A DNA stretch of 64,000 nucleotides. It comes from Clostridiales bacterium Firm_18 (GTDB taxonomy: Bacteria; Bacillota; Clostridia; Monoglobales; Firm-18). The translations under genes were made by a program, and so were the position numbers. Below the pieces are notes generated by a model. That model was not told the origin of the DNA, searched no databases, and saw only the letters and a list, made by a program, of their open reading frames with translations. Below, in pieces: positions 17,519-28,587 of the stretch. The DNA is taken from NCBI GenBank assembly GCA_001604215.1, contig LVAX01000092.1, forward strand, positions 72,985 through 136,984, read 5' to 3'. Each line of letters starts with the position of its first letter. Position 1 is the stretch's first letter.

Positions 17519-18874
17519 ATGAAAAATGATTTGACAACGGGAAATGTAGCAAAAACTCTTATCACTTTTACCGTTCCGCTGCTTCTTGCCAACCTGCTGC
17601 AGGCATTTTACGCGGTTGCGGATTTAATCATAGTAGGGCTTTTTTCAGGGGCTCATTCCATCAGTGCCGTTTCGACAAGCGGACAGTTTACACATGTTAT
17701 AACAATGCTGCTTACTGGATTCACAATGGGTGCAACGGTTATGGTGGCCCAGTACGAGGGTGCAAAGCAGCATGAGCAGCAGCACAAGACTATCGGCAAT
17801 GTTATAATACTTTCTGTGGCAGTTTCGTTAATAATTACAATTGTTACCCTGTTGACGGGCAAGCTGGTGCTGGATGCCCTTAATACCCCGCCGGAGGCTT
17901 ATTCCGAGGCGTATGAGTATTACATGATATGTATGAGCGGAATTATTTTTATTATGGGTTATAACTCGATAAGCAGCATATTGCGTGGGAAAGGGGATTC
18001 CAAAACGCCTCTTGTTATGGTGTTAATTGCGGCTTGCTTAAATGTTGTTTTGGATTTGCTGCTCGTGGGATATTTTAAAATGGGCGCGGCCGGCGCCGCA
18101 TATGCAACGGTGGCGGCACAGGCGGTAAGCATGTTTGCATCTTTGATTATTATAATAAAAAGAAAAATGTTTAAGGGCTTTACCGTTAAGGATATACGGC
18201 TTGACGGCGAAAAAATAAAAAGGCTTTTAAAAATAGGCATGCCTATGTCGGTTCAGCAGACAATAGTGTCGATTTCATTTTTGTTTTTAACGTCGATTAT
18301 CAATTCTTTCGGGGTAATCCAGTCCGCGGCCGCGGGAATCGCCGGGAAAATAAACGGGTTTGCCATTTTACCCGCCGCCGCAATGATGGTTGCGGTTTCG
18401 GCCATGAGCGGGCAAAACCTCGGTGCCGGGCAGCCCGATAGAGCGAAGCGGACTATGTCAACCGGAATAAAAATTATTATGCCGATAATAGCAGTAATAT
18501 TTGTTATAATTTTCACGTTTGCACACTCGTTTATAAGGATATTTACCGATGAGGCCGCGGTTATAGAAACCGGCGTAACGTTTTTGCGCATTTGCAGCGG
18601 GGAATATTTGATTTTATCGGTAGTTTTTTGCCAGAACGGCCTGCTTACCGGTGCGGGGCGCACAACCCTTACATTGATAAGCTCAGTTGTCAGCTCAATA
18701 CTGCTTAGAATACCGCTTGCGGCAATACTGTCAAGGCTTATGGGCTTTAGCGGGGTTGCGCTTGCAATTACATTGTCGCCCATTGCTTCGCTGATTTTCG
18801 GCGCCTTTTTCATTCATTCGGGATACTGGAAAAAGTCTTTGGAATTAGGCGGTTTAGGAACCGAAGAGCTCTAA
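17519..18874 (+). CDS. MATE family efflux transporter
   Basis: 451 aa, 12-TM pattern, N-terminal GNVAKTLITFTVPLLLANLLQ typical of MATE proteins. Confidence 0.85.
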   Translation: MKNDLTTGNVAKTLITFTVPLLLANLLQAFYAVADLIIVGLFSGAHSISAVSTSGQFTHVITMLLTGFTMGATVMVAQYEGAKQHEQQHKTIGNVIILSVAVSLIITIVTLLTGKLVLDALNTPPEAYSEAYEYYMICMSGIIFIMGYNSISSILRGKGDSKTPLVMVLIAACLNVVLDLLLVGYFKMGAAGAAYATVAAQAVSMFASLIIIIKRKMFKGFTVKDIRLDGEKIKRLLKIGMPMSVQQTIVSISFLFLTSIINSFGVIQSAAAGIAGKINGFAILPAAAMMVAVSAMSGQNLGAGQPDRAKRTMSTGIKIIMPIIAVIFVIIFTFAHSFIRIFTDEAAVIETGVTFLRICSGEYLILSVVFCQNGLLTGAGRTTLTLISSVVSSILLRIPLAAILSRLMGFSGVALAITLSPIASLIFGAFFIHSGYWKKSLELGGLGTEEL

Positions 18875-19516
18875 AAGCCTGAATTTTATTTTAACCGGGA
18901 TGCAATCGGACGGCGAAGTGATTATGTTGTATTCATCCTCCGTAAGAACGTTTTTTAATTTTTGACGGCTTTCTTCGGGCAGCTCTGCCGTATATGCGCC
19001 GGTAAAGCAAAGCTGCGGGTACAGCACGCACCACCAGTTTTCGCCTTCACCCGCGCCTATTATTATGCGAAGTGCATCGTAATTGCCTGCCGGCAGTTTT
19101 GCGCCTTCATATTGCTTGGTCGGGAAATTAAAATTACCCAGCTCGGCGGTTACGCGATACCGGGCACCGTGCAGGATAAGTTCTTCCTGAGCCGCTTGTG
19201 CTATGCTGTCAAGTTCGTTTTGTATTATTTGTTTGGTTTCACCGGTGGTTTGGGCATTTTTAAGCTTTTCTTCAAGGTGTTTTAAAACCGCGTTCCTTAC
19301 ACTTAGTTTAAGCTGTTGGTCTTCCGGGCTGTTGCTGTTTGCTATCACATGCAAACGGACACAGCTTTTTTCAATATCTGCCTTGACGGATGAGATATAC
19401 TGCATTATCATGCCTGTTAATACAAGCCCGATAATTAAGGATAAGCAAAGCCTGCTTTTGTTTCGGCAAAAGCATGCCTTGCCGGGACAGAAGTATTTTT
19501 TAAAAATAAAGATCAT
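18854..19516 (-). CDS. spoIIR: Stage II sporulation protein R
   Basis: RLHVIANSNSPEDQQLKLSVRNAVL signature after an N-terminal membrane anchor. Confidence 0.8.
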   Translation of the reverse strand: MIFIFKKYFCPGKACFCRNKSRLCLSLIIGLVLTGMIMQYISSVKADIEKSCVRLHVIANSNSPEDQQLKLSVRNAVLKHLEEKLKNAQTTGETKQIIQNELDSIAQAAQEELILHGARYRVTAELGNFNFPTKQYEGAKLPAGNYDALRIIIGAGEGENWWCVLYPQLCFTGAYTAELPEESRQKLKNVLTEDEYNIITSPSDCIPVKIKFRLLELFGS

Positions 19517-19574
19517 TCCTTTAACCTATTATTTATCTTTATAAAAATTATTGACACCGAATATATAATTTATA

Positions 19575-19624
19575 CAAAAAAAGGCTCCCGCACTTTGATT
19601 TTTAAACCATTGTGCGGGAGGCCT
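19575..19624 (-). terminator. Rho-independent terminator after the G5/3D gene
   Basis: On the minus strand, a GGCCTCCCGCAC...GTGCGGGAGCC stem is followed by TTTTTTT. Confidence 0.7.
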
Positions 19625-19645
19625 TAAACTTTTTGTTTTTAAACT

Positions 19646-20683
19646 TTATTCTAAAATGTAAACCTTTGCCGGACGTCTGCCGAAACGAATTGCCTCGTCG
19701 TACGATTCCATATACAAATCCACTTTGTTTCCCTTGATGGAGCCTCCGGTATCTGCGGCAATTGCTTTGCCGTATGTCCATGAACCGTCAGGGGCTTCTA
19801 TATACAGGCGTGTCCCCAGAGGAATAACCTTTGGGTCAACCGCCACCGCCCCGACTTGCGACATCATGCCGGTTGCGGTCCGCCCCCTTATGCAGTATGC
19901 CGATGCGCTGCATGTTATTACGCCTTTGTACCGGAGCTCACCGCCCCTGGATGCAAGTGTACCGCTGTTATAGGCAATTGCGGCTTTTGCCGCCGGAGCG
20001 CCGTATTCGATGACCTTATCAATGCATTTTGTTATTATACTTTGCTCCAAAACGTTTCTTGAAACTTCCCTGTTGTTTTCATAGCATACCTTGTAGGTTT
20101 TTTGCATTAGCCCTTCCTTGCCTTCGCGTGCTACCCTCGTTTCACCCTCTTTAAGGTGTGTGGAAGGTTTTTTAATTACCTTGAAAGGAAGAACTTCTTG
20201 TGTTGTAATTATTTCTTCTTTTGAATGGATTATCCGAAGGTCCATGCCTTCGAAAATTTTTGTGTCAGGCGAAACGTTTAGTATCGTACCCTGACCTGTT
20301 TCAATTCCCAAACTGTGCAAAAGTTCTCCGGCTGTTTTTTTAGCGGTCAGTATCAATTCATACTCGTCACCGTTGGTGACATTAACATATACCGCCCTGC
20401 TGATGATAATCTGCATTCCGTCGAAAACCCTGTCGTCCGGTGAGCAATTCATTTCGTCGAAGCTGTCTAAAACAACATTCTTTTCCTGCAGCAGTTGTGA
20501 TACCGTTGATTTGTAAGTGATAATTTCTTCATTATACCCGTTGTCGTCCGTTATGCTCACCTGTTTTGACATTGCATAAACCAAACCCTTTATCGATGTA
20601 GCGCCAATCATCAAAGCGAATATTGCTATGACGATAAGGCGCATGGTAGGGTGAGGTTTTGCTGCTTTGTCGAACAAATGCAT
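19646..20683 (-). CDS. DUF348/G5/3D-domain cell-wall protein (YabE-like)
   Basis: N-terminal TM segment, a G5-like middle region and a C-terminal 3D domain (VAVDPKVIPLGTRLYIE...ADTGGSIKGNKVDLY). The start at MHLFDK has a GGAGG SD. Confidence 0.7.
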   Translation of the reverse strand: MHLFDKAAKPHPTMRLIVIAIFALMIGATSIKGLVYAMSKQVSITDDNGYNEEIITYKSTVSQLLQEKNVVLDSFDEMNCSPDDRVFDGMQIIISRAVYVNVTNGDEYELILTAKKTAGELLHSLGIETGQGTILNVSPDTKIFEGMDLRIIHSKEEIITTQEVLPFKVIKKPSTHLKEGETRVAREGKEGLMQKTYKVCYENNREVSRNVLEQSIITKCIDKVIEYGAPAAKAAIAYNSGTLASRGGELRYKGVITCSASAYCIRGRTATGMMSQVGAVAVDPKVIPLGTRLYIEAPDGSWTYGKAIAADTGGSIKGNKVDLYMESYDEAIRFGRRPAKVYILE

Positions 20684-20870
20684 ATCTACCTCCTGATTGT
20701 TCGGAGGAGGGGACAATATTCATTTTTAAAATTGCAGCCCTTCTCCTTTATTACCGCACATAATATATTATATGCGTTTTTTTTAATTTATGGGAATTTG
20801 CCGAAATTGTGTTATTATGCTTCGTTATTTTAAATTATATACAAATAAAATCAAAATTATGCAACAAAAA

Positions 20871-21263
20871 TTATCTCTTTGAGAACTGGGGAGCACGACG
20901 GGCTGCTTTGAGACCGTATTTTTTACGTTCCTTCATTCTCGGGTCACGGGTTAATAGACCCTTGGCTTTCAGCAGCGGGCGGTATCCTTCGTCCGCTTCC
21001 AAAAGTGCACGTGCGATTCCAAGACGTATTGCGCCTGCCTGGCCGGTAACGCCTCCGCCGGTAACTGTTGCAATAACATCGAATTTACCGGTTGTTTGTG
21101 TTGCCTCAAAAGGCTGGCGGGTGATAAGCTTAAGTGTTTCAAGCCCAAAATAATCGTCAATGTCTCTTTTGTTTATTGTTATATTTCCGGTGCCTTTTAC
21201 CAAGCGCACTCTTGCTATCGATTTTTTACGCCTGCCGGTGCCGTAATATGATACTTGTGCCAT
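20871..21263 (-). CDS. rpsI: 30S ribosomal protein S9
   Basis: [14 protein letters not shown]...[16 protein letters not shown]. Confidence 0.95.
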   Translation of the reverse strand: MAQVSYYGTGRRKKSIARVRLVKGTGNITINKRDIDDYFGLETLKLITRQPFEATQTTGKFDVIATVTGGGVTGQAGAIRLGIARALLEADEGYRPLLKAKGLLTRDPRMKERKKYGLKAARRAPQFSKR

Positions 21264-21286
21264 TTATTATATCACCTTTCCTTTGT

Positions 21287-21724
21287 TTATTTGATTTCGC
21301 GATCCCAAACAACCGGCTTTTGAGCCTGATGATTGTGCTGATCATTTTTATAAATCCGAAGCTTTCTTAAGGCCGCTCTGCCCAATGAATTATGGGGAAG
21401 CATTCCCCAGACCGCAAGCTCCATGGCCTTGTTGGAGCGGGTTGCCATAAGATTGCGGTATTTAACCGCTTTTAATCCTCCCGGGTATCCGGAGTGCCTG
21501 TACCATGTTTTTTGATCCAGCTTGTTCCCTGTTAAAACAGCTTTGTCGGTATTGATAATGATGACGAAATCACCGCAATCGGTATTAGGGGTGAAGGTGG
21601 GTTTGTGCTTACCCCTTAATATGGTAGCGGCAGCTGCTGCTACCCTACCGAGCGGCTTTCCGGCAGCATCTATAATATACCATTTTCTTTCAAGCTCTTT
21701 TGCCTTTGCCATAAAAGTGCTCAT
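21287..21724 (-). CDS. rplM: 50S ribosomal protein L13
   Basis: [17 protein letters not shown]...KHKPTFTP. Confidence 0.95.
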   Translation of the reverse strand: MSTFMAKAKELERKWYIIDAAGKPLGRVAAAAATILRGKHKPTFTPNTDCGDFVIIINTDKAVLTGNKLDQKTWYRHSGYPGGLKAVKYRNLMATRSNKAMELAVWGMLPHNSLGRAALRKLRIYKNDQHNHQAQKPVVWDREIK

Positions 21725-21764
21725 TGAATCTCATTCCTTTCAATTATGCATATTAACCTTACAC

Positions 21765-21793
21765 ATTTTAATATAAATTGCCGGTAATGTCAA
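21765..21793 (-). promoter_or_regulatory. Sigma-A promoter of rplM-rpsI
   Basis: On the minus strand: TTGACA, a 17-nt spacer, then TAAAAT. Confidence 0.65.
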
Positions 21794-21912
21794 GAACTTT
21801 TTTTCAAATTTTTAATTTGCTTTTTTCTTTCTCTTGTTTTCTCGATATTTCGCGTTAATACTCTTTATTTCTAAGTTATCAATTTATTATTTGATATGTT
21901 ATAATTGGACGT

Positions 21913-22629
21913 ATGAAAAAAGTAGCCGGCGCCGCAAGGCGTGCGATAATTGATTATAATATGATACAAAAGGGCGATTGCATAGCGGTAGGCGTATCCG
22001 GCGGAAAGGACAGCCTGACGCTTCTTACGGTTTTGGCTTCGCTGAGAAGGTATATTCCCGAGAGCTTTACCTTAAAGGCAATTACCGTTGAAATGGGATT
22101 TGACGGGGTATCTGCCGAAAACATTGCCGGGTATTGCAAAAAGCTCGGTGTTGAATATATTACGGAGAAAACCGGTATAGCGAGGGTGCTTTTTGACATC
22201 AGGAAGGAAAAGAACCCTTGTTCTCTTTGCGCTAATTTAAGAAGAGGAGCGCTCAATAATATAGCGGCGGCAAACGGGTGCAACAAGGTTGCGCTCGGCC
22301 ATCATTTGGACGATGTGATAGAAACCTTCTTTTTATCTTTGTTTTATGAGGCAAGAATAAGCTGTTTTTCGCCTGTTACCTACCTTGACAGAAAAGGCAT
22401 TACCGTAATCCGCCCGCTGATTTACGCAAATGAGAAGGATATACGTTCCTTTGCAAAGCGCTTTGCCCTGCCCGTCCTGCACAATCCTTGCCCCAAAGAC
22501 GGCAATTCGAAAAGGGAATACATCAAGCAGCTGCTTTTGCGGCTTGAAAAGGAAAACCCGGATGTTCGCCAAAGGATTTTCAGGGCGGTAAAAACAAAAT
22601 TGCTGGATGCCGGTAAGGATTGCGTATAG
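21913..22629 (+). CDS. PP-loop ATPase, TtcA-like tRNA thiolation protein
   Basis: SGGKDS PP-loop, CSLCANLRRG and a LGHHLDD motif. Confidence 0.65.
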   Translation: MKKVAGAARRAIIDYNMIQKGDCIAVGVSGGKDSLTLLTVLASLRRYIPESFTLKAITVEMGFDGVSAENIAGYCKKLGVEYITEKTGIARVLFDIRKEKNPCSLCANLRRGALNNIAAANGCNKVALGHHLDDVIETFFLSLFYEARISCFSPVTYLDRKGITVIRPLIYANEKDIRSFAKRFALPVLHNPCPKDGNSKREYIKQLLLRLEKENPDVRQRIFRAVKTKLLDAGKDCV

Positions 22630-22671
22630 AAACTTTAAAACCGAAATTTAATTATGCTTAAAGGAGAAGAT

Positions 22672-23475
22672 ATGGCAAAAAAATATGACGGCTATATGCT
22701 TTGTACCGATATGGACGGGACACTTCTTAATACGGACCATGAAATATCAAAGGAAAATGCAGAGGCAATAAAGCACTTTATCCGCGAGGGCGGCATTTTT
22801 ACAGTGGCTACGGGCAGGATTCCCCCTGCCGTTATACCGTTTTTTACCGACTTTGCCCCCAACGCTCCGATTGTTACCCACAACGGGGCGGCCGTTTATG
22901 ACGTCGAAAGCGGCGAATATCTTTTTAACATATCTTTAGATGACGGTGCCGCCGATGTTCTTGAATATATTGAAAAACAATTTGATTTTGTCGGTTTTGA
23001 GGTTTATGACAAAAGTAAATTATATGCCTATCGGCCGAACGAAAGCATTAATTGGCATGTTGGGATAGAGAATCTGAAAGTGGAGATTAAAAATTATAAG
23101 GATGTACCCTGTCCGTGGACAAAGGCAATGTTTGTCCAGCAAAAGGACAAAACGGATATAGTCCGAAGCAGTTTGCTAAAGTCGCGATACCGGGATAAAT
23201 ACAGCTTCATACAAAGCAGCGGTATATTTTTGGAAGTTTTGTCCAAGGAGGCGTCAAAAGGTAATGCGCTGATTAAAATGCGGGAGCATTTAAACAGGAA
23301 AATACATACCGTTATATGTGCCGGAGATAACGAGAACGACATATCCCTGCTTCGCGCGGCGGATGTTTCTTATGCGGTTGGAAACGCCATTGAAGACTTA
23401 AAAAAAGAGGCGGATAACATAACGGTTACGAACAATGAGCATGCAATCGCGAAAATAATACGGGACATAACATAA
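22672..23475 (+). CDS. Cof-type HAD-IIB family hydrolase
   Basis: LCTDMDGTLL motif I and GDNENDISLL motif IV. AAAGGAG SD before the ATG at 22672. Confidence 0.8.
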   Translation: MAKKYDGYMLCTDMDGTLLNTDHEISKENAEAIKHFIREGGIFTVATGRIPPAVIPFFTDFAPNAPIVTHNGAAVYDVESGEYLFNISLDDGAADVLEYIEKQFDFVGFEVYDKSKLYAYRPNESINWHVGIENLKVEIKNYKDVPCPWTKAMFVQQKDKTDIVRSSLLKSRYRDKYSFIQSSGIFLEVLSKEASKGNALIKMREHLNRKIHTVICAGDNENDISLLRAADVSYAVGNAIEDLKKEADNITVTNNEHAIAKIIRDIT

Positions 23476-23624
23476 ATTGCATATTCGTAAAAAACTTTCC
23501 GTTTACCAAAACTTGTGCTTTACTTTCACGCCACTTTTTGGTAGAATAAATGTGAAAACGCGCATGATAAATAACGCTGTTTAAATTATTGCCGGCAGTA
23601 ACTTCGGCAAAGTGGGGGGGTACT

Positions 23625-24497
23625 ATGAAAATAACAAAAGCCATTATACCCGCTGCGGGTCTTGGAACACGGTTTTTACCCGCCACCAAGGCGCAGCCCA
23701 AAGAGATGCTTCCTATTGTGGATAAGCCGACCATTCAGTATATTATTGAAGAGGCTGTTGCTTCCGGTATAGAGGATATAATAATAGTTACCGGAAGAAG
23801 CAAGCGGGCCATTGAGGACCATTTCGACAAATCGTACGAATTGGAAATCGAGCTTGAGCGCAGTAATAAAACCGAGCTTTTAAAGCTTGTGCAGGACATT
23901 TCAAATATGGTTAACATTCATTATATAAGGCAAAAAGAACCAAGAGGGCTCGGGCATGCGATTTTGTGTGCGAAGTCATTTGTAGGGAACCAGCCGTTCG
24001 CTGTTTTGCTGGGTGATGATATTGTGGACTCGAAGCCTCCGTGCCTTGAACAAATGATTGATGTATTTAATCTTTACAATACTTCGATACTGGGTGTCCA
24101 GCATGTGCCGAAAAACGAAGTGGATAAATACGGTATAGTTGATTACGAGCCGGAGGATAACCGTATATATAAAGTAAACGATTTGGTTGAAAAGCCGAAA
24201 ACAGAAAATGCACCCAGTGATGTTGCAATTCTCGGAAGATACATAATAACCCCCACCATCTTTGAAATCCTGGAAAAAACCGAGCCGGGCGCCCAGGGGG
24301 AAATACAGCTTACCGATGCGCTTAAAATGCTGTGCAGGGTAGAGCCGATGTATGCGTATGAGTTTACGGGAAAAAGATATGACGTAGGCCACAAATTAGG
24401 ATTTTTGGAGGCTACGGTGGAATTTGCCCTTAAGCGAGACGATCTGAGGGATGATTTTCTTGAATATTTGGAAAAGATAATTAAAAAGGAGAGATAA
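23625..24497 (+). CDS. galU: UTP--glucose-1-phosphate uridylyltransferase
   Basis: [31 protein letters not shown]. Confidence 0.9.
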   Translation: MKITKAIIPAAGLGTRFLPATKAQPKEMLPIVDKPTIQYIIEEAVASGIEDIIIVTGRSKRAIEDHFDKSYELEIELERSNKTELLKLVQDISNMVNIHYIRQKEPRGLGHAILCAKSFVGNQPFAVLLGDDIVDSKPPCLEQMIDVFNLYNTSILGVQHVPKNEVDKYGIVDYEPEDNRIYKVNDLVEKPKTENAPSDVAILGRYIITPTIFEILEKTEPGAQGEIQLTDALKMLCRVEPMYAYEFTGKRYDVGHKLGFLEATVEFALKRDDLRDDFLEYLEKIIKKER

Positions 24498-24505
24498 TAT
24501 TACGT

Positions 24506-25207
24506 ATGCCTAAATATAAAAGGGTAATTATCAAAATAAGCGGCGAAGCCTTATCGGGAAAAAAAGGGTTCGGAATCGACAGCGATACCGTTGCGGCGAT
24601 TTCCGACCAAATTAAAATATGCTCCGATATAGGCGTACAAATAGGCATCGTTTGCGGCGGAGGCAATTTTTGGCGCGGGAGGACCGGGATAAATATGGAC
24701 AGGACACGTGCCGACCACATGGGTATGCTTGCAACTGTTATAAATGCCCTTGCATTCCAGGACGCGCTGGAGCACAGGGGAGTGCCCACAAGGGTTCAGA
24801 CAGCGATTGAAATGCGTTCTATTGCCGAGCCGTATATCAGAGGGAAGGCACTTAGGCATATGGAGAAAGGCAGGGTGGTGGTATTTGCATGCGGAACGGG
24901 AAATCCTTATTTCACAACCGATACCGCAGCGGCCCTTAGAGCTGCGGAAATGGATGCGGATGTCATTTTGCTTGCCAAAAAGGTGGACGGCGTATATGAC
25001 AGCGATCCGAACCAGAATTCGCAGGCGGTTAAATTTGAATATATAAATTATCTTGATGTGCTCAATAAAGGCCTGGGTGTTATGGATTCAACGGCAACTT
25101 CGCTGTGTATGGACAACAGGATACCCATTTTGGTCTTCGGTATAGAACAGCCTGAAAACATTACAAAGGCTATAAGAGGAGAAAATATCGGAACACTGGT
25201 AAAATAA
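24506..25207 (+). CDS. pyrH: UMP kinase
   Basis: [13 protein letters not shown]...GGGNFWRG. Confidence 0.95.
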   Translation: MPKYKRVIIKISGEALSGKKGFGIDSDTVAAISDQIKICSDIGVQIGIVCGGGNFWRGRTGINMDRTRADHMGMLATVINALAFQDALEHRGVPTRVQTAIEMRSIAEPYIRGKALRHMEKGRVVVFACGTGNPYFTTDTAAALRAAEMDADVILLAKKVDGVYDSDPNQNSQAVKFEYINYLDVLNKGLGVMDSTATSLCMDNRIPILVFGIEQPENITKAIRGENIGTLVK

Positions 25208-25224
25208 GAGGAGGTAAAGACGAT

Positions 25225-25770
25225 ATGCTTGAAGATTTTGAAAGAAAAATGGACAAATCTATTTCGATTTACACAAAAGACATTGCGACAATACGTGCCG
25301 GAAGGGCAAACCCCGCAATATTGGAAAAAGTAATGGTCGAGTATTACGGGACTCCCACACCGATATCACAGATTGGAAACATCTCGGTGCCCGAGCCCCA
25401 TATGCTTGTCATACAGCCATGGGATGCGGGGATTATATCCGAGATTGAAAAGGCAATCAATAAATCGGATATAGGAATTAATCCTCAAAATGACGGAAAA
25501 GTTATTCGTCTTATTTTCCCCACGCCCACAGAAGAGCGAAGACGTGAGCTGGTTAAGGGTCTGAATAAAAAAGCGGAAGAGGCTAAAGTCCATATCCGTT
25601 CAATAAGACGTGAGGCAATTGATTTTGTTAAAAAACAAAAGAAAGACGGAGAAATAACTGAAGACGATTTAAAGGACCTGGAAAACGATATTCAAAAGCT
25701 TACGGATTCAAAAATAAAGGAAATAGAAGAAATTACCCAAAAGAAGGAAAAGGAAATATTGGAAGTGTAA
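25225..25770 (+). CDS. frr: Ribosome recycling factor
   Basis: IRAGRANPAILEKV...PTEERRRELVK. Confidence 0.95.
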   Translation: MLEDFERKMDKSISIYTKDIATIRAGRANPAILEKVMVEYYGTPTPISQIGNISVPEPHMLVIQPWDAGIISEIEKAINKSDIGINPQNDGKVIRLIFPTPTEERRRELVKGLNKKAEEAKVHIRSIRREAIDFVKKQKKDGEITEDDLKDLENDIQKLTDSKIKEIEEITQKKEKEILEV

Positions 25771-25847
25771 CGGCAAGCCGCCGGTTATGGTCTTAAGTGA
25801 GGTAAATTTGCAGCGTTAGTGACCGAAAACTTAAAGGAAGTGCTTCT

Positions 25848-26573
25848 ATGGGCTTTTGGAGCAGGGAAAAAACCAATATAGACTATACAAAACTTCCGCG
25901 TCACATAGGGGTTATAATGGACGGTAACGGGAGATGGGCAAAAAAGCGCGGCCTGCCAAGAAGTATGGGGCATCGTTATGGTGCGCAGACCCTTAAAAAA
26001 ATAACTCTTTTTTGTGATGAACTGGGAATTGAGGTTTTAACGGTATATGCTTTTTCCACCGAAAACTGGAAGCGGCCCAAAAGCGAAGTGGATAATCTTA
26101 TGTCTTTGTTGATGGAGTATTTGTCTAATGCGGAGCAGGAGCTTGGCGGCAAAAACGTTGTAATAAAAATTATCGGGGATTTGTCTTCGTTTTCGGACGA
26201 AATACGGGAACAAATCAATAAAACAGAAAAACTGACGGAAAAAAACACCGGCATGGTCCTTAACATAGCTTTAAATTACGGCGGGAGAGATGAAATTGTA
26301 AATGCGGTAAGGGCAATAGTCAAAAGCGGTATTCCGGCCGACAGCGTCAATGAAGATACCGTTGATAAATATCTTTATACCGCTGGAAATCCCCCCGTCG
26401 ACCTTATAATAAGGCCGAGCGGTGAGTGCAGGCTGTCAAACTTTTTGCTTTGGCAATGCGCCTATTCCGAGCTTTGGTTTTCAAATGTTCTTTGGCCTGA
26501 TTTTGATAAAAAACATATGCTTCGTGCTATAGCGGATTATCAAAACAGGAACAGGCGGTACGGGGGAGTATGA
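25848..26573 (+). CDS. uppS: Isoprenyl transferase (undecaprenyl-diphosphate synthase)
   Basis: HIGVIMDGNGRWA...FSTENWKRP...RLSNFLLWQ. Confidence 0.95.
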   Translation: MGFWSREKTNIDYTKLPRHIGVIMDGNGRWAKKRGLPRSMGHRYGAQTLKKITLFCDELGIEVLTVYAFSTENWKRPKSEVDNLMSLLMEYLSNAEQELGGKNVVIKIIGDLSSFSDEIREQINKTEKLTEKNTGMVLNIALNYGGRDEIVNAVRAIVKSGIPADSVNEDTVDKYLYTAGNPPVDLIIRPSGECRLSNFLLWQCAYSELWFSNVLWPDFDKKHMLRAIADYQNRNRRYGGV

Positions 26574-26574
26574 C

Positions 26575-27384
26575 ATGAAAGAGCGACTAATTTCGGGGCT
26601 TATCGGTGCGGCGGTGCTTGTGGCCGTATTGCTTTCCGATACCATTATTTTAAATATCGGTATGGCGGTGATAAGCTTTATGGCTTTACATGAGATGTAT
26701 GAAGCCGTCGGCCTGGCGAAATACCTGCCGCTAAAAATACTCGGGCTTGCCGCGTCCTTTGCGTTTACTTTTGCATATTCGTTTGATAATAAAATATTAA
26801 TGCCGGTAATATTCTTTTACATACTGGCGCTTTTTGCTTTATACATGAAGAAAAACAGCAAATTAGAACTGCAGGATATATCCAAAATGTTTTTCCTGAC
26901 AATTTTCATATGCTTTTTTATGGTACATATTGTTTTCATAAGAAGGCTTTATTTGGGGAAGTATCTTATTTGGACGGTTTTTATAGGCGCTTTTTTAACC
27001 GATACCTTTGCATATTTGGCGGGCAGGTTTTTCGGCAGGCATAAGCTTTGCCCGCGCCTTAGCCCCAAAAAAACAATTGAAGGAAGTATAGGAGGCTTAA
27101 TCGGAAGCTGCGCGGGCATGCTGGTGTACGGTGTGATAGTGCGCTTTTTCTGCAATATAGGAGTAAACTTTTTTTATATGCTTGTTTTGGGGATTGCCAG
27201 CTCCGCCGTGGCACAGTTCGGAGATTTGGCCGCTTCCCGCATAAAGCGGCAGTACGGTATAAAAGATTACGGAAATATAATGCCGGGACACGGCGGTGTT
27301 ATGGACAGGTTTGACAGCGTAATATTTACCGCTCCCGCCGTTTATCTGATGGTATCCAATATCCCGGTATTTTTTAATTTATAA
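26575..27384 (+). CDS. cdsA: Phosphatidate cytidylyltransferase
   Basis: Multi-TM protein with the C-terminal SRIKRQYGIKDYGNIMPGHGGVMDRFDS signature. Confidence 0.9.
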   Translation: MKERLISGLIGAAVLVAVLLSDTIILNIGMAVISFMALHEMYEAVGLAKYLPLKILGLAASFAFTFAYSFDNKILMPVIFFYILALFALYMKKNSKLELQDISKMFFLTIFICFFMVHIVFIRRLYLGKYLIWTVFIGAFLTDTFAYLAGRFFGRHKLCPRLSPKKTIEGSIGGLIGSCAGMLVYGVIVRFFCNIGVNFFYMLVLGIASSAVAQFGDLAASRIKRQYGIKDYGNIMPGHGGVMDRFDSVIFTAPAVYLMVSNIPVFFNL

Positions 27385-27402
27385 AACTGGAAAGGTATGC
27401 AA

Positions 27403-28587
27403 ATGAAAAATATATCTATTCTCGGAAGCACCGGTTCCGTCGGAACACAAGCGCTTGAAGTAATCGACTGTCTTGATGATGTACGGGTTGCCGGGCTTTC
27501 TTCTAACACCGATATACACCTTCTTGAAAAACAAATAAGAAAATACAAGCCGCCCGTTGCGGCGGTAGCAGATGAGAAATCAGCCCTTGCACTGAAGATT
27601 TCGGTTGCCGATACCCCGACAAAAGTGGTGGGCGGCGCAGCGGGCCTGTGCGAGGTTGCCGCCGCGCCGGAGGCCGATTTTGTATTAACCGCAATCGTGG
27701 GTATCGCGGGGCTTATCCCCACATTAACGGCAATTGAAAACAACAAAAATATATTGCTTGCCAATAAAGAAACCCTTGTTACGGCAGGCGACATTGTAAT
27801 GGGTGCCGCCCGCGCCCGAAACGTAATAATTATCCCCGTCGACAGCGAGCACAGCGCGGTCTTTCAGTGTCTGCAAGGCGGCGATAGGGACATAAAAAGA
27901 ATAATACTGACCGCTTCGGGCGGCTCGTTTTATGGCAAAAAGAGAAAGGATTTAGAAAGTGTCACCGTAGTGCAGGCGCTTTCACATCCCAATTGGGATA
28001 TGGGCAAAAAGGTTACAATAGACAGTTCAACTCTTATCAATAAAGGGCTTGAAGTTATCGAAGCACATCACCTTTTTGGTATCGACTATGACAGGATTGA
28101 CGTTGTAATCCAGCGTGAGAGCATAATCCATTCCATGGTGGAATTTGAAGACAACAGCATATTGGCGCAGATGGGCTGGCCTGACATGAAACTGCCGATT
28201 CATTATGCCATCTGTTATCCTGAGCGAAAAAAATCGCCGGCGCGGCAAATGGATTTTTCCAGGCTTTCTTCAATTTCGTTTTCGCCGCCCGATGTTGAGA
28301 CTTTCCGGCTTTTGCCCCTTGCAATTTCCGCGGGCAAACGGGGTGCAACGGCGCCGGTTGTGCTAAATGCCGCAAACGAAGCCGCGGTTGAGCTGTTTTT
28401 AAAAGGCAGGATATCTTTTCTTGATATTGAACGCATAGTGGAAAAATGTTTAAACGCCCACACTATAATACCAACCCCGTCTATCGGCGATATTATAGAG
28501 ACAGACAGGCAGATTAAGGAGGAAATAATGTATGATAACGGCAATATCCGCAATAATAGTATTTCTGCTTCTGATACTGGTTCATGA
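27403..28587 (+). CDS. dxr: 1-deoxy-D-xylulose 5-phosphate reductoisomerase
   Basis: ILGSTGSVGTQAL...LANKE...DSEHSA. The 3' end overlaps the rseP start by 56 nt. Confidence 0.9.
   Translation: MKNISILGSTGSVGTQALEVIDCLDDVRVAGLSSNTDIHLLEKQIRKYKPPVAAVADEKSALALKISVADTPTKVVGGAAGLCEVAAAPEADFVLTAIVGIAGLIPTLTAIENNKNILLANKETLVTAGDIVMGAARARNVIIIPVDSEHSAVFQCLQGGDRDIKRIILTASGGSFYGKKRKDLESVTVVQALSHPNWDMGKKVTIDSSTLINKGLEVIEAHHLFGIDYDRIDVVIQRESIIHSMVEFEDNSILAQMGWPDMKLPIHYAICYPERKKSPARQMDFSRLSSISFSPPDVETFRLLPLAISAGKRGATAPVVLNAANEAAVELFLKGRISFLDIERIVEKCLNAHTIIPTPSIGDIIETDRQIKEEIMYDNGNIRNNSISASDTGS

Noticed and set aside
19517-19580. Sigma-F-type promoter upstream of spoIIR (TGTATA...GGTGTCAATAAT).
   Set aside because: It matches the sigma-F -10 consensus only partially. 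The spoIIR start codon also has a poorly spaced SD, so the TSS and start are too uncertain.
28532-28587. 56-nt overlap between dxr and rseP as a possible frameshift or mis-assembly.
   Set aside because: Both frames are intact. rseP has a good AAGGAGG SD and a canonical N-terminus. The dxr tail is merely a short non-conserved extension.
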